Shown here piece by piece: positions 8,246 to 17,796 of a stretch of 64,000 bases of DNA. The DNA lies in contig JAFZRF010000065.1 in the NCBI GenBank assembly GCA_017620025.1, positions 12,414 through 76,413 on the forward strand, given 5' to 3'. Numbering within the stretch: position 1 is the first letter of the stretch; every line of letters begins with the position of its first letter. The translations under genes and the position numbers were made by a program. The notes under the pieces are model-generated. The model worked only from the letters and a program-made list of their open reading frames with translations, was not told the DNA's origin and made no database searches. This stretch comes from Ruminococcus sp. Lineage in GTDB: Bacteria; Bacillota; Clostridia; Oscillospirales; Ruminococcaceae.

Positions 8246-10729
8246 TCAGCCGGCTTTCAGCGGCAGCTCGCTCTGCTTTATAAGTCCCGCATCGACCTTC
8301 TGCACTACAACTGCATCTGAGCCCGTTATACCGGTCACGCCGTCGATATCGGCGTTCACTGCTCCCTGCCCCGAGAGAGGATATTTCTCCTGATTGGCTA
8401 TGTACTGGAGTATCGCAACCGCATCGGCAACTGTTACCCTGCCGTCGGTATTCACATCGCCGTAAGCCGGGCTCTGCTCCTTTGCCATTCGTGCCCGCAC
8501 CATATCCACAGTACGCTCTGCTCCGTCCGGTGCTGTGATCTTCACCGAATACCTTCCCGCTGCGGTTACGGTATACTGCTTCTTGTCTGCGCCTTTTATT
8601 TCTTCGCCGTCTCTGTACCACTGATACTTCGCATCCTCTATGGTGACAAGTGCCTCTGCGGTATAGCTGCCGCCCTCCTCGAGGACTGCATCCATGCAGC
8701 CGGAGTATACCCGGAAGTAAGAAGGCACCTTGCACGGGCCTGAGTTGACCTCGCCGAGCACCTCCCAGTCATGGGCGCTGTCCTGTAAGAAGAGACGCAC
8801 CTGTTTAAGTTCAGTACCGGCTTCAAGTCCGAACATGGAAAGAGGTATACAGAACTCAGCCGTTCTTCCGCTGTGCATGAAGGAATCGCCGCTGCGTCCG
8901 TCGTGATTGAAATACACGTATCCGCTCGGGCTGTAGTAAAGCCAGTAGCTCTCGCCGTCCTCACGGGTCACTTTGATGTTGTATACAGGTGATTCGCCGT
9001 TGTCGGGCAGCTGCCCCATGACATAGAGATTCTCCTCATCCGCTGTCATATATACCCTGTTATCGCCGTTCTCACCGATGAGCATATCCCCGGTCCACTC
9101 ACTTCCGGATGAGATGATGCCGTCGATTATCATATGTCCGCATACAGAGCGCATAACAGCGTCCTTCTCAGCCGGTACGCCTTTTTCGGTAAAGGCATTG
9201 GATACCGAATCAGCCGCAGTCACCGTCACCCTGCCGATCAGATTTGCTCCGAGGTAAGTATTCCATATACCTTCATTCGCAAACCGCACTGTACGCAGGC
9301 TGTCCTGCCAGAACTCATTGTTTCCCATCTGAAGCCTGAGGTACACGTTCCACTCACCCTCACGGAGACCGCCGGGGACAGAGACTGCCCCGCTGATATC
9401 GTTCACGGTACACGAAGCCCACTTGTTGGCATCAACACCGGCAAGCGGACAGCTGATATACTCGCCGTCACGTTCAAACAGCAGATACGCCTTCGTCTCC
9501 GGTATCGGGTTTGCAAAGCCGGTATTCTCTATGCGCAGGCGGTACTCCAGATCACCGCCCTGCGGTACTTCGCCGGTGAGCTGCGAATCACGCAGCACGA
9601 AACGATAACCGAGGTGATCACGGATGAACTGGAATACGTTCTGCCCGTAGTAGGCGGAGTTGTCTGCACCCTCGACGTCATATTTCTCGCCGAAGGTGTA
9701 GTCCTTGTACAGCTTGAAGATATTGGAGTTTATGTAGCTGAGGTGGGTGCGGTACATCTCCGGTATCGCATTCTCCGGAAGGTAGGTATCGAACTTCTTT
9801 GCATAGGTGATATCTCCGGAAAACTCGCCGCCGTAGTAGGCGGTAACGCACTGGCTGCCGAGACATGCTGTCTCCTTCTCACGGTCGGAATAGGTGCCGA
9901 GGTCGGAATCGCTGCCCATATATCCGTCATTGTAGAGGCCGACACGGTAAGCCTGCGAGAGCCTGTGCTGCTGCTCCTCCGTAAGCTCCTTTCCTTCAAG
10001 CGCCGCCCGGTAATCCGGCAGATCGCTGCGTCTGATACCGAGCCACTCCGTAAAGGTATCAGGTGTGCGGACAGTCACAGGTACGGGCTCGGGTACTGCA
10101 TCGATAAAGGCGTCAAGCACCTGTGCCTTATAAGCGGGAGTCGTATACAATCCGCCGTGCTGCTCTCCCCATTTGCCTACCATACCGGATTCCACAAAGG
10201 CGAGTATATCCGCATACTCCTCAAGAATGCCGCTGTCCTTTATCTGCCGGATGTGACTGAGCACCTGCTCGAAGGTATCCGGCTCGGGATCGTCATATCC
10301 CTCCTCATCATAGCGGAAACGGAGCGCTGCCATGCTGCCGTTCTTCCGGCAGTTCTCAAGGCTTCCGCGGAGCGATTCAAAAAAGGTCTCATCAAGGTCG
10401 CAGTCTTTGCCCCTGGAGTAGACCTCAACGCCGTCATGTGTCTGGAGCCGTATGCCGTTCGCACCGGCGGAGTAAGCCCCTATGTACACAAAGAAAAGCA
10501 CTACTGAGCCCTTGCAGTCAACACTCTTCAGTTCACCGGGCTCAAGGCGGTACCATGAGGTAGTGGTGTATCCGGCACCGGGATTGGCTATGGTTCCGAC
10601 GTATTCGTCATAGCTTATATCCTGCTTTACAAGGCCGCTCTGCTCTGCCGCACCGGCCGGAAGAGTCACACAGGCCGGCAGCATGAGCGCCGATGTCACT
10701 GCTGCAATTATTCTTTTGAAGTATGTCAT
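8246..10729 (-). CDS. Secreted DUF4874/DUF4832-like putative glycoside hydrolase with C-terminal dockerin
   Basis: Signal peptide; NPGAG, LRFRY, GKWGEQH, GLYNDGY, GGE, HLSYIN, LGYRFVL, NTGFA; dockerin GDVNTDGRVTVADAV. Confidence 0.8.
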   Translation of the reverse strand: MTYFKRIIAAVTSALMLPACVTLPAGAAEQSGLVKQDISYDEYVGTIANPGAGYTTTSWYRLEPGELKSVDCKGSVVLFFVYIGAYSAGANGIRLQTHDGVEVYSRGKDCDLDETFFESLRGSLENCRKNGSMAALRFRYDEEGYDDPEPDTFEQVLSHIRQIKDSGILEEYADILAFVESGMVGKWGEQHGGLYTTPAYKAQVLDAFIDAVPEPVPVTVRTPDTFTEWLGIRRSDLPDYRAALEGKELTEEQQHRLSQAYRVGLYNDGYMGSDSDLGTYSDREKETACLGSQCVTAYYGGEFSGDITYAKKFDTYLPENAIPEMYRTHLSYINSNIFKLYKDYTFGEKYDVEGADNSAYYGQNVFQFIRDHLGYRFVLRDSQLTGEVPQGGDLEYRLRIENTGFANPIPETKAYLLFERDGEYISCPLAGVDANKWASCTVNDISGAVSVPGGLREGEWNVYLRLQMGNNEFWQDSLRTVRFANEGIWNTYLGANLIGRVTVTAADSVSNAFTEKGVPAEKDAVMRSVCGHMIIDGIISSGSEWTGDMLIGENGDNRVYMTADEENLYVMGQLPDNGESPVYNIKVTREDGESYWLYYSPSGYVYFNHDGRSGDSFMHSGRTAEFCIPLSMFGLEAGTELKQVRLFLQDSAHDWEVLGEVNSGPCKVPSYFRVYSGCMDAVLEEGGSYTAEALVTIEDAKYQWYRDGEEIKGADKKQYTVTAAGRYSVKITAPDGAERTVDMVRARMAKEQSPAYGDVNTDGRVTVADAVAILQYIANQEKYPLSGQGAVNADIDGVTGITGSDAVVVQKVDAGLIKQSELPLKAG

Positions 10730-10880
10730 ATTATCGCTCCTCAGATGTTATTTTACAATATTATACCATAGTCACCTGTTAAAATCAATAGATTTTGTGC
10801 ATTTCTGACTATATGATCTGCCTGTTTGACATCTACCAGTGCTCATGGTATAATTCAATTGATGAACATGAACGGAGGCG

Positions 10881-11957
10881 ATGAAAATGGAACGGCTGCT
10901 CGGAAAGGCCGGTATACTGCTGATATGCACTGTTGCTCTGTGCATGAACGGCGAGGTGTTCGCCCCCGTCACTTCGCTCCTTGCCGCTGTCACGGCATCC
11001 TCTGCCGTACAGCTGCTCAGAGGGAAAACCGCTGTTGTTATAATGCTGCTGTGGTCGCTCTCCTGCGCCTTCTTCCCGCCTATGCTCCTGACTATGCCGG
11101 TGCTGGTCTGTGATGCGGTACGTGAAAAGAAGCTGTGGGTGCTCCTGCCCGCTCTGGCTGCCATGCCTCATATCGGCCGCTTCACAGGCACTCAGCTCCT
11201 CCTTGCGGCAGCGACTGTGTTCGCCGCACTGATAACGGAGCTGCGGCTCTCAAAGCTTGAGAATACAGTGGATCTTCTCACCTCAATGCGTGATGAAGGT
11301 ACAGAACAGAATATCCGCCTTACGGAGCAGAATGCAAGGCTCACAGAAGCACAGGACAACGCAGTCCGGCTCGCTACGATGCAGGAGCGCAACCGCATCG
11401 CCCGTGAGATACACGACAACGTGGGACATATGCTCACACGCTCCCTCTTGCAGGCAGGTGCGCTGAATATAGTGAACAAGGACGAGAAGCTGAAAGAGCC
11501 GCTTGAAAGTCTCCGCAGCACTCTCGATCAGGCAATGACAAGCATCCGTGAGAGCGTTCACGACCTGCACGACGATTCCATAGACCTCAGAAAGGTCATA
11601 GAGGACAGTATAGCCACAGTCGGCGAGCGCTTCAATGTCGAGCTCGATTACAGCTGCGGCAATGATACACCGGGCAATATAAAGCTCTGTATCGCCGGAG
11701 TTGTCAAGGAGGGACTGTCCAATGCCGTCAAGCATTCGGACGGTGACAGGATAAAGCTTATCCTGCGTGAGCATCCCGGCTTCTGGCAGCTTGTGATGGA
11801 AGACAACGGACACCCGAAGGGGATAAGCAGCGGCGGGATAGGCCTCAGGAATATGGAGGACAGAGCCCGCAGCGCCGGAGGAACGATAAGCTTTACGCCA
11901 TCTGACAAGGGATTCCGTATCTTTATGACGATACCCCGCGACAAAAAGGAAGTATGA
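10881..11957 (+). CDS. Sensor histidine kinase, NarX/LiaS-like (HisKA_3)
   Basis: N-terminal TM helices; ERNRIAREIHDNVGH, EGLSNAVKHS, DNG, GIGLRNM; TTGACA-17-TATAAT at 10826-10854. Confidence 0.92.
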   Translation: MKMERLLGKAGILLICTVALCMNGEVFAPVTSLLAAVTASSAVQLLRGKTAVVIMLLWSLSCAFFPPMLLTMPVLVCDAVREKKLWVLLPALAAMPHIGRFTGTQLLLAAATVFAALITELRLSKLENTVDLLTSMRDEGTEQNIRLTEQNARLTEAQDNAVRLATMQERNRIAREIHDNVGHMLTRSLLQAGALNIVNKDEKLKEPLESLRSTLDQAMTSIRESVHDLHDDSIDLRKVIEDSIATVGERFNVELDYSCGNDTPGNIKLCIAGVVKEGLSNAVKHSDGDRIKLILREHPGFWQLVMEDNGHPKGISSGGIGLRNMEDRARSAGGTISFTPSDKGFRIFMTIPRDKKEV

Positions 11958-11968
11958 AAGGAACAGCT

Positions 11969-12595
11969 ATGGATATTGCAGTAATAGATGATGATTCACT
12001 GGTGGCTCTTTCGCTGAGAACTATCCTCGAGAGCACCGGTCAGATAAATGTTGCCGCCATGGGCAGCAGCGGCAGCGAGGCAGTCGAGATATACCGGAAG
12101 CACCGTCCGGACGTCATGCTAATGGATATTCGTATGGAGGGCATGAACGGAATCGAAGCCGGTGAGCAGATACTCCGTGAGTTTCCCGATGCAAGGATAC
12201 TCTACCTCACCACCTTCTCCGATGACGAGTACATCGTCAAGGCGATGCTCATGGGAGCAAAGGGGTATATACTCAAGCAGGATTTCGACGGCATAGCACC
12301 TGCGCTTGAAGCTGTCATGGGCGGGCAGAGCGTTTTCGGCAGCGCTGTGGCTAACAAGCTGCCGGAGCTTATAAAGCCCAAGGGCGATTTCGATTTCGCT
12401 GCTCACGGCATAAGCGCCAAGGAGCGTGAGATAATGGAGCTTGTTGCAGAGGGGCTCTCCAACAAGGAGATATCCGGAAAGCTCTTCCTCGGTGAGGGCA
12501 CTGTCCGCAACTACATAAGCTCACTGCTCGACAAGCTCCAGCTGCGTGACCGCACTCAGCTTGCAGTATTCTATTATACAAGAGTGAAAGCGTGA
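11969..12595 (+). CDS. NarL/LuxR-family response regulator
   Basis: DDD, LMDIRM, TTF, GYILK receiver motifs; LuxR HTH GLSNKEI...TVRNYISSLLDKL; alternative start 11954. Confidence 0.93.
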   Translation: MDIAVIDDDSLVALSLRTILESTGQINVAAMGSSGSEAVEIYRKHRPDVMLMDIRMEGMNGIEAGEQILREFPDARILYLTTFSDDEYIVKAMLMGAKGYILKQDFDGIAPALEAVMGGQSVFGSAVANKLPELIKPKGDFDFAAHGISAKEREIMELVAEGLSNKEISGKLFLGEGTVRNYISSLLDKLQLRDRTQLAVFYYTRVKA

Positions 12596-12618
12596 TTGTG
12601 ATAAAGCGCAGTCACTAA

Positions 12619-12699
12619 AATAATAGTGAATAAAGAATAATTATGGTATCGCCTGCGGCGATGATCCTGAAATTATAAAGGGCGCACAATGTGCGCCCT
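12619..12699 (+). repeat. Heptamer plus mini-hairpin unit (copy 2) followed by a REP-like GGGCGCAC-AAT-GTGCGCCC palindrome
   Basis: Matches 3920-3979; the palindrome resembles 30296-30316 and 45361-45385. Confidence 0.65.
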
Positions 12700-12710
12700 C
12701 GTTTTTTTAT

Positions 12711-13202
12711 TCAGTTCCAGGAGAGCTCCTTTGTCGTATCCTCAGCCGGAGCATCATTCGGGATTATCTCCGCATCAAGGAGCTGACAGTAGGTAGCATA
12801 GTCTTCCTTGTACCACGCAAAGCTGCCTGTTACGGTTATTTCCGTACCTATAGCCGGATAGTCGTCCGGGTATACCGGATCGCCCTTGAGTATGAACTCT
12901 ATGCCCTGACTGCAGCAGGCAGTGGCATCGGCTATGAGCACCGCAAAGTATTCCTTTCCGGTCTGCTCGTCCTTGTAGTAGGAGAAGCTGCCTTTCATCT
13001 TTACCTTCTGACCGACATAGCTGTCCGAATTGGTCACCATGTCATAGACCTGTCCGTATACCATGCTCGAGCTGAGCTGTGTGAGGTCAACGTCATATCC
13101 GTCGTTTGCAGCAGGACTCACTGACGAGCCGCTTTCTGCGCTGCCGCAGCCTGTGAGCATTATTGCAGCCGCTGCAAGCACCGCAAATATTCTTTTCTTC
13201 AT
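12711..13202 (-). CDS. Lipoprotein with a Cys-Cys motif, last gene of the metal ABC operon
   Basis: Lipobox LTGC; DATACCSQGIEF; directly follows the permease. Confidence 0.75.
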   Translation of the reverse strand: MKKRIFAVLAAAAIMLTGCGSAESGSSVSPAANDGYDVDLTQLSSSMVYGQVYDMVTNSDSYVGQKVKMKGSFSYYKDEQTGKEYFAVLIADATACCSQGIEFILKGDPVYPDDYPAIGTEITVTGSFAWYKEDYATYCQLLDAEIIPNDAPAEDTTKELSWN

Positions 13203-13220
13203 ACTGTCTCCTCCTTTGCT

Positions 13221-14126
13221 TCATCTTCCCTTCCTGAACAGGGAGAGGAAACTGAATATCAGAAATACCGCTATATCAGCTGCAACTATCGTCGAGCCGA
13301 CAGGTGTTGAATAGAGTATCGAAAGGATTATGCCGACGCCTGCACAGAATACCGATATCACGGCCGAGCAGATCACAACGCCCCTGAAGCTGCGGAGTAT
13401 ACGCATGGCAGACAGTGACGGGAATATTATCAGCGCAGATATCAGCAGCGAGCCCACAAGATTCATCGATATAACGATGATGACTGCGGTGATTATCGCT
13501 ATCATCAGGTTGTAAAGTCCCGCATTCACGCCGGACGCTCTTGTGAAGCTCTCATCAAAGGTTACGGCGAATATCTTGTTGTAGAATACAACGAACGTGA
13601 CGATCACTATCGCCGCCATGACCGAGCAGACAACTACATCAGAGCCTTTGAGCGTGAGTATGGAAGTGGAACCGAAGAGAGTGCTGCACACGTCACCGGA
13701 GATATTCGACGATGACGGGAAGCGGTTCATGAGCAGATAGCCTATGGCGAGCGAGCCGACTGATATCATTGCGACCGCCGCATCGCCCTTTATCTTCGTA
13801 TTCTGTCCGGTACGCAGCAGCAGTACCGCCGCAAGCACCGTAAGAGGAAGAACTATCACGGTATGGTTGTTCTCGCTGAGCACCTCTGCGAGTCTGCCGG
13901 TGGCCTCGGAGCCTATCGCTCTCAGCCCGAAGGTTAGCACGGAGGATACCGCTATCGCTCCGAATGCAACGTGCGAGAGGCCGTCTCCGATAAAGGAGAA
14001 GCGCTTCAGCACGAGAGTGACTCCGAGGAGCGAAGCACAGAGGGAGATAAGCAGTCCGACTATTATGGCATAGCGGACGAAATCGAATTCAAGGTAGTAC
14101 CTCAGGGTACTGAGCTGTTCACTCAT
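13221..14126 (-). CDS. Metal (Zn/Mn/Fe) ABC transporter permease, ZnuB-like
   Basis: GDGLSHVAFG, TFDESF, VGSLLISALIIFP; start MSEQLS after GGAGG. Confidence 0.9.
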   Translation of the reverse strand: MSEQLSTLRYYLEFDFVRYAIIVGLLISLCASLLGVTLVLKRFSFIGDGLSHVAFGAIAVSSVLTFGLRAIGSEATGRLAEVLSENNHTVIVLPLTVLAAVLLLRTGQNTKIKGDAAVAMISVGSLAIGYLLMNRFPSSSNISGDVCSTLFGSTSILTLKGSDVVVCSVMAAIVIVTFVVFYNKIFAVTFDESFTRASGVNAGLYNLMIAIITAVIIVISMNLVGSLLISALIIFPSLSAMRILRSFRGVVICSAVISVFCAGVGIILSILYSTPVGSTIVAADIAVFLIFSFLSLFRKGR

Positions 14127-14907
14127 CTGCTTCCGCCTCCTTTTCTTCCGAAGGTGCAGAAGCTCCGTAGGTCTCCTCTGCTGCAAGGAAGCTCTGTCCG
14201 ACACCGCTTGCGGTATACTCGGCAGTCGTTCCGAAGAACAGCTGGCGGTGGCTTCCGATATGAAGGATATGGCTGGCATAGCGCACTGCCGCCGCCACAT
14301 CATGAGATACCATTATTATAGTGATGCCCTGCTTATTGAGGTTCGTTATCAGCTCATAGAGATCAAGCTGCGCACGGGGGTCAAGTCCGGTGACAGGCTC
14401 GTCAAGCAGGAGCATCTTCCTTGTTGCGCAGAGCGCTCTTGCAAGGAGCACCCTCTGCTGCTGTCCTCCCGAGAGGTCACGGTAGCAGCGCTTTGCAAGT
14501 GAATCTATACCGAGCTGCTTCATAGTGCTCTCGGCAAGCTTCTTTTCCTCGTGGTTGAAGAACGGTCTGAGTCCGGTCTTGGCAAGGCATCCGGAGCGCA
14601 CTATCTCACGCACCGATGCCGGAAAATCACGCTGTACCACTGTCTGCTGCGGAAGATAGCCTATCTCGTTGGCCTTGACTCCGCCGCACCATTCTATCTC
14701 GCCGGATATCTGCGGTCTTAGACCGAGTATCGCCTTGACGAGCGTGCTCTTTCCTGAGCCGTTCTCTCCGAGTATACAGAGGTAATCGCCCCGGCATACC
14801 GAGAAATCGAGTCCCTCCGTAACGGTCTGTCCCTCGTATCCGAGAGAGGCGTTACGGCAGACGAGCTGCTTCTCTCTTTCGGGTGCCTTTTTTTCGTTCT
14901 CCTCCAT
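14119..14907 (-). CDS. Metal ABC transporter ATPase, ZnuC-like
   Basis: GENGSGKST, GYLPQ, LSGGQQQR, LLLDEP, VSHD. Confidence 0.92.
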   Translation of the reverse strand: MEENEKKAPEREKQLVCRNASLGYEGQTVTEGLDFSVCRGDYLCILGENGSGKSTLVKAILGLRPQISGEIEWCGGVKANEIGYLPQQTVVQRDFPASVREIVRSGCLAKTGLRPFFNHEEKKLAESTMKQLGIDSLAKRCYRDLSGGQQQRVLLARALCATRKMLLLDEPVTGLDPRAQLDLYELITNLNKQGITIIMVSHDVAAAVRYASHILHIGSHRQLFFGTTAEYTASGVGQSFLAAEETYGASAPSEEKEAEADE

Positions 14908-15890
14908 CAGCTCATCGCCTCCCGGATAGTTTCGTAGTTCTGCTCCATGATATTGAGATAGGTATTGCTGAGATCTGTTACGGACTGCATCGAATCGAGC
15001 TTTACTATCTGCATATCCTTCTTCTTTGTGTTGCTGATCACAGCATTTGCTATGGCACCGTCAGAGCCCTCAAGTATGAAGATATCATCAACGCCGAGCT
15101 CGTCCGCCTTCTCTGAAAGGAAGGCTATGGTCGAGAAGCTTGCCTCAGTCTCGGCAGAGCAGCCGACGAATGCCGCATAGTAATCGATCTTGTAATCGTC
15201 GGTGAAGTAGCGGAACGGGAACCGGTCGCCGAATATCATGACTCTCTTTTCCTTCGGCATCTCCTTGAAGAACTCCTTGTACTTGTCGTTCAGCTTGTTC
15301 AGTTCCTCTATATATTCTCCTCCGGTCTCCATATAGTCTCCCGCATGAGACGGATCAGCAGCGCTGACAGCGACCTCCAGTTCATAGCAAAGGTTTGCCG
15401 CATTTCTCAGTGAAAGCCATACGTGCTCGTCATACTCGGGGCCTTCGTCCTCATCCTCGTCCTCGTCTTCTTCCTCAGCCTCCGCTTCCATGCCTTCCTT
15501 GACCTCTTCCTCCTTTGCAGCGGAGCCGAGCTCGTCAAGAAGTGATACGACCTTCATATCCTCATTTTTAGCATCGGCAAGAGCGTCCTCTACCCATTTG
15601 TCAGACTCGCCGCCGACATACACGAACAGATCGCAGGCTGATATCTTTATCATATCCTCTGCCGTGGGCTGGAAGCTGTGCATATCCGTACCGTTTGCGG
15701 CAAGACAGGTAAGATCTGTATCCGCAAGATGATCACCGAGTATATGACGTATCCAGTCATACTCCGGAAATGTCGTGCATACTATACTTAGCCTGCTGCT
15801 CTTTCCGCCCGATGCAGAGCCGCAGCCTGTGAATGATGTTATAACCATAGCCGCACAGAGCACGGCCGATATAGTCTTTCTGAATCTCAT
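14907..15890 (-). CDS. Cluster A-I metal-binding lipoprotein, ZnuA/AdcA-like
   Basis: Lipobox FTGC; DMHSFQP, DEHVWLS, FPFRYF; acidic loop. Confidence 0.9.
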   Translation of the reverse strand: MRFRKTISAVLCAAMVITSFTGCGSASGGKSSRLSIVCTTFPEYDWIRHILGDHLADTDLTCLAANGTDMHSFQPTAEDMIKISACDLFVYVGGESDKWVEDALADAKNEDMKVVSLLDELGSAAKEEEVKEGMEAEAEEEDEDEDEDEGPEYDEHVWLSLRNAANLCYELEVAVSAADPSHAGDYMETGGEYIEELNKLNDKYKEFFKEMPKEKRVMIFGDRFPFRYFTDDYKIDYYAAFVGCSAETEASFSTIAFLSEKADELGVDDIFILEGSDGAIANAVISNTKKKDMQIVKLDSMQSVTDLSNTYLNIMEQNYETIREAMS

Positions 15891-15907
15891 GTGCTTCCTC
15901 CGAAACT

Positions 15908-15963
15908 TAAAATGATAATCATTATCGAATTCTGATTATATCACATGAACGAGCGGTTGTCAA
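15908..15963 (-). promoter_or_regulatory. Sigma-A promoter with a Fur-family box just downstream of the start site
   Basis: Minus-strand TTGACA (15963-15958), 17-bp spacer, TATAAT (15940-15935); TAAAATGATAATCATTATC at 15908-15926 matches 17/19 of the Fur consensus. Confidence 0.85.
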
Positions 15964-16107
15964 GGGGGTGTGCTGAAAAAATGGCATATTTTCCCTTCTT
16001 TCATACATTGAAAAATAATTGTTGACTAATTCGTGATTTTAGGGTATTATATATAGTGTATAGTTGTGCCGTAACGACGGCACAGAGTATGGAGTTGTTG
16101 CTGTCAG

Positions 16108-16824
16108 ATGAAAAAGCATTTGCGGACAGTCCTTGCCGCAGCAGGACTGCTTATGATATTGCTGGCGTGGGGATGCGCCTGTTTCTTTTCTCATGCCCGT
16201 GTAAACAGGCTGAAATATCCGGTCTTCGGGGTGGATCTTTCCAATTACCAGGGCGTGGTGAGCTGGGAAAGACTTGAAGAACAGGGCGTCAGGTTCGCCT
16301 TCATAAAGGCTACCGAAGGAAGCGGACATACAGACGAATCGGTTCGCCGCAACCTTGAAAGGGCAGCCGCTACAGGTATAAAGGTATCCTGTTACCATTT
16401 CTTCAGCTTCGACAGCCCCGGCGAGACACAGGCAGAGAACTTCATAAACTCCGTGAGCCGTGACGAGATACAGCTCCCTCCTGTCGTAGACATAGAGTAC
16501 TATGCCGACAAGAAGCTGCACAAGCCGGGCGCTGAGGAGACCGAAGCGATACTCACTCCCCTGCTCGAAAGACTTGAGGAATACTACGGCATGAAGCCGA
16601 TCATATACACCACTGTCCCGGTATATTTCAGATACGTAAAGGACAGCTACTCGGACTATCCCCTGTGGATACGCTGCACACAGATGGAGCCGGACTTCTT
16701 TGACTGGACGTTCTGGCAGTACTCCGATCACGGAAAGCTTGAAGGCTATATCGGCGAGGAGGAGTGCATAGATTTCAATGTGTTCTGCGGCAGCGAAGAG
16801 GAATTTGAAAACCTGTGGAGGTAA
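16108..16824 (+). CDS. GH25 lysozyme/muramidase
   Basis: GVDLSNYQG, FIKATEG, YHFF, PPVVDIE, FWQYS, DFN. Confidence 0.92.
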   Translation: MKKHLRTVLAAAGLLMILLAWGCACFFSHARVNRLKYPVFGVDLSNYQGVVSWERLEEQGVRFAFIKATEGSGHTDESVRRNLERAAATGIKVSCYHFFSFDSPGETQAENFINSVSRDEIQLPPVVDIEYYADKKLHKPGAEETEAILTPLLERLEEYYGMKPIIYTTVPVYFRYVKDSYSDYPLWIRCTQMEPDFFDWTFWQYSDHGKLEGYIGEEECIDFNVFCGSEEEFENLWR

Positions 16825-16825
16825 T

Positions 16826-17779
16826 ATGACACCATTTTTAATAAAGCCTGCGATAAAGGACTACATCTGGGGCGGCACAAGGCTTCGTGACGAGTTCGGC
16901 AAGGAGAGCGGCACCGACCGCCTTGCAGAGAGCTGGGAGCTGAGCTGTCATCCGGACGGCGACAGCCTCATCGCAAGCGGCGAATATGAGGGCATGGCTC
17001 TCAGCAGCTTCGTAAGTGAGCATCCGGAGGCTGTGGGAAAGTTTTTCCGCAGCGGAGATACCTTCCCGGTACTTGTCAAGCTGATAGACGCAAAGGACGA
17101 CCTCTCGGTGCAGGTACACCCCGACGATGAGTATGCGCTCAGTCATGAAGGGCAGTACGGCAAGACCGAGATGTGGTACGTCGTGGACTGCGAGCCCGGC
17201 GCAGAGCTGGTCTACGGATTCCGTGAAGAGCTTACCGCCGATGAGTTCCGCACCGCTATAGAGGATAACACCCTCATGGACAAGGTCTGCCGTGTACCCG
17301 TAAGCAAGGGCGATGTGTTCTTCATAGCCCCCGGTACTCTCCATGCTATCGGCAGGGGGATACTCATTGCGGAGATACAGCAGAACTCAAACGTGACCTA
17401 CCGTGTGTATGATTACGGCAGAGTCGGCGCTGACGGCAAGCCCCGTGAGCTCCATACGGAAAAGGCCATAGATGTCACGAAGACCGTTCCGGCAGCTCCG
17501 GGATACGGTCAGCCGGAAAAGGAGAACCAACCCGGAAGATGGCACACACAGCTTGCTGCGTGCAGATACTTCCGTGCGGATAAATACGATATCTACCGAA
17601 GCATGGCGCTCGGCAGGGCAGACACGTTCAGGCATATCCTTGTGACTGACGGAGAATGCGAAGTGACAGACGGCACAGAGAGCCTGCCGGTAAAAAAGGG
17701 CTCAGGCGTTTTCGTTCCCGCAGGAACGGAAGGATATATAATAAAAGGTAAATGCAGTGTGATAATAACTACTGTATAA
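16826..17779 (+). CDS. manA: Mannose-6-phosphate isomerase, type I
   Basis: IWGG, ESWELS, LSVQVHP, GKTEMWY, GTLHA, EIQQNS, TYRVYDY. Confidence 0.92.
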   Translation: MTPFLIKPAIKDYIWGGTRLRDEFGKESGTDRLAESWELSCHPDGDSLIASGEYEGMALSSFVSEHPEAVGKFFRSGDTFPVLVKLIDAKDDLSVQVHPDDEYALSHEGQYGKTEMWYVVDCEPGAELVYGFREELTADEFRTAIEDNTLMDKVCRVPVSKGDVFFIAPGTLHAIGRGILIAEIQQNSNVTYRVYDYGRVGADGKPRELHTEKAIDVTKTVPAAPGYGQPEKENQPGRWHTQLAACRYFRADKYDIYRSMALGRADTFRHILVTDGECEVTDGTESLPVKKGSGVFVPAGTEGYIIKGKCSVIITTV

Positions 17780-17796
17780 TATAAGGAGGATAAATC

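Noticed and set aside
16108-16824. Prophage signal from the GH25 lysozyme or the HD protein at 48195
   Set aside because: No holin, integrase or structural genes; both sit in housekeeping operons
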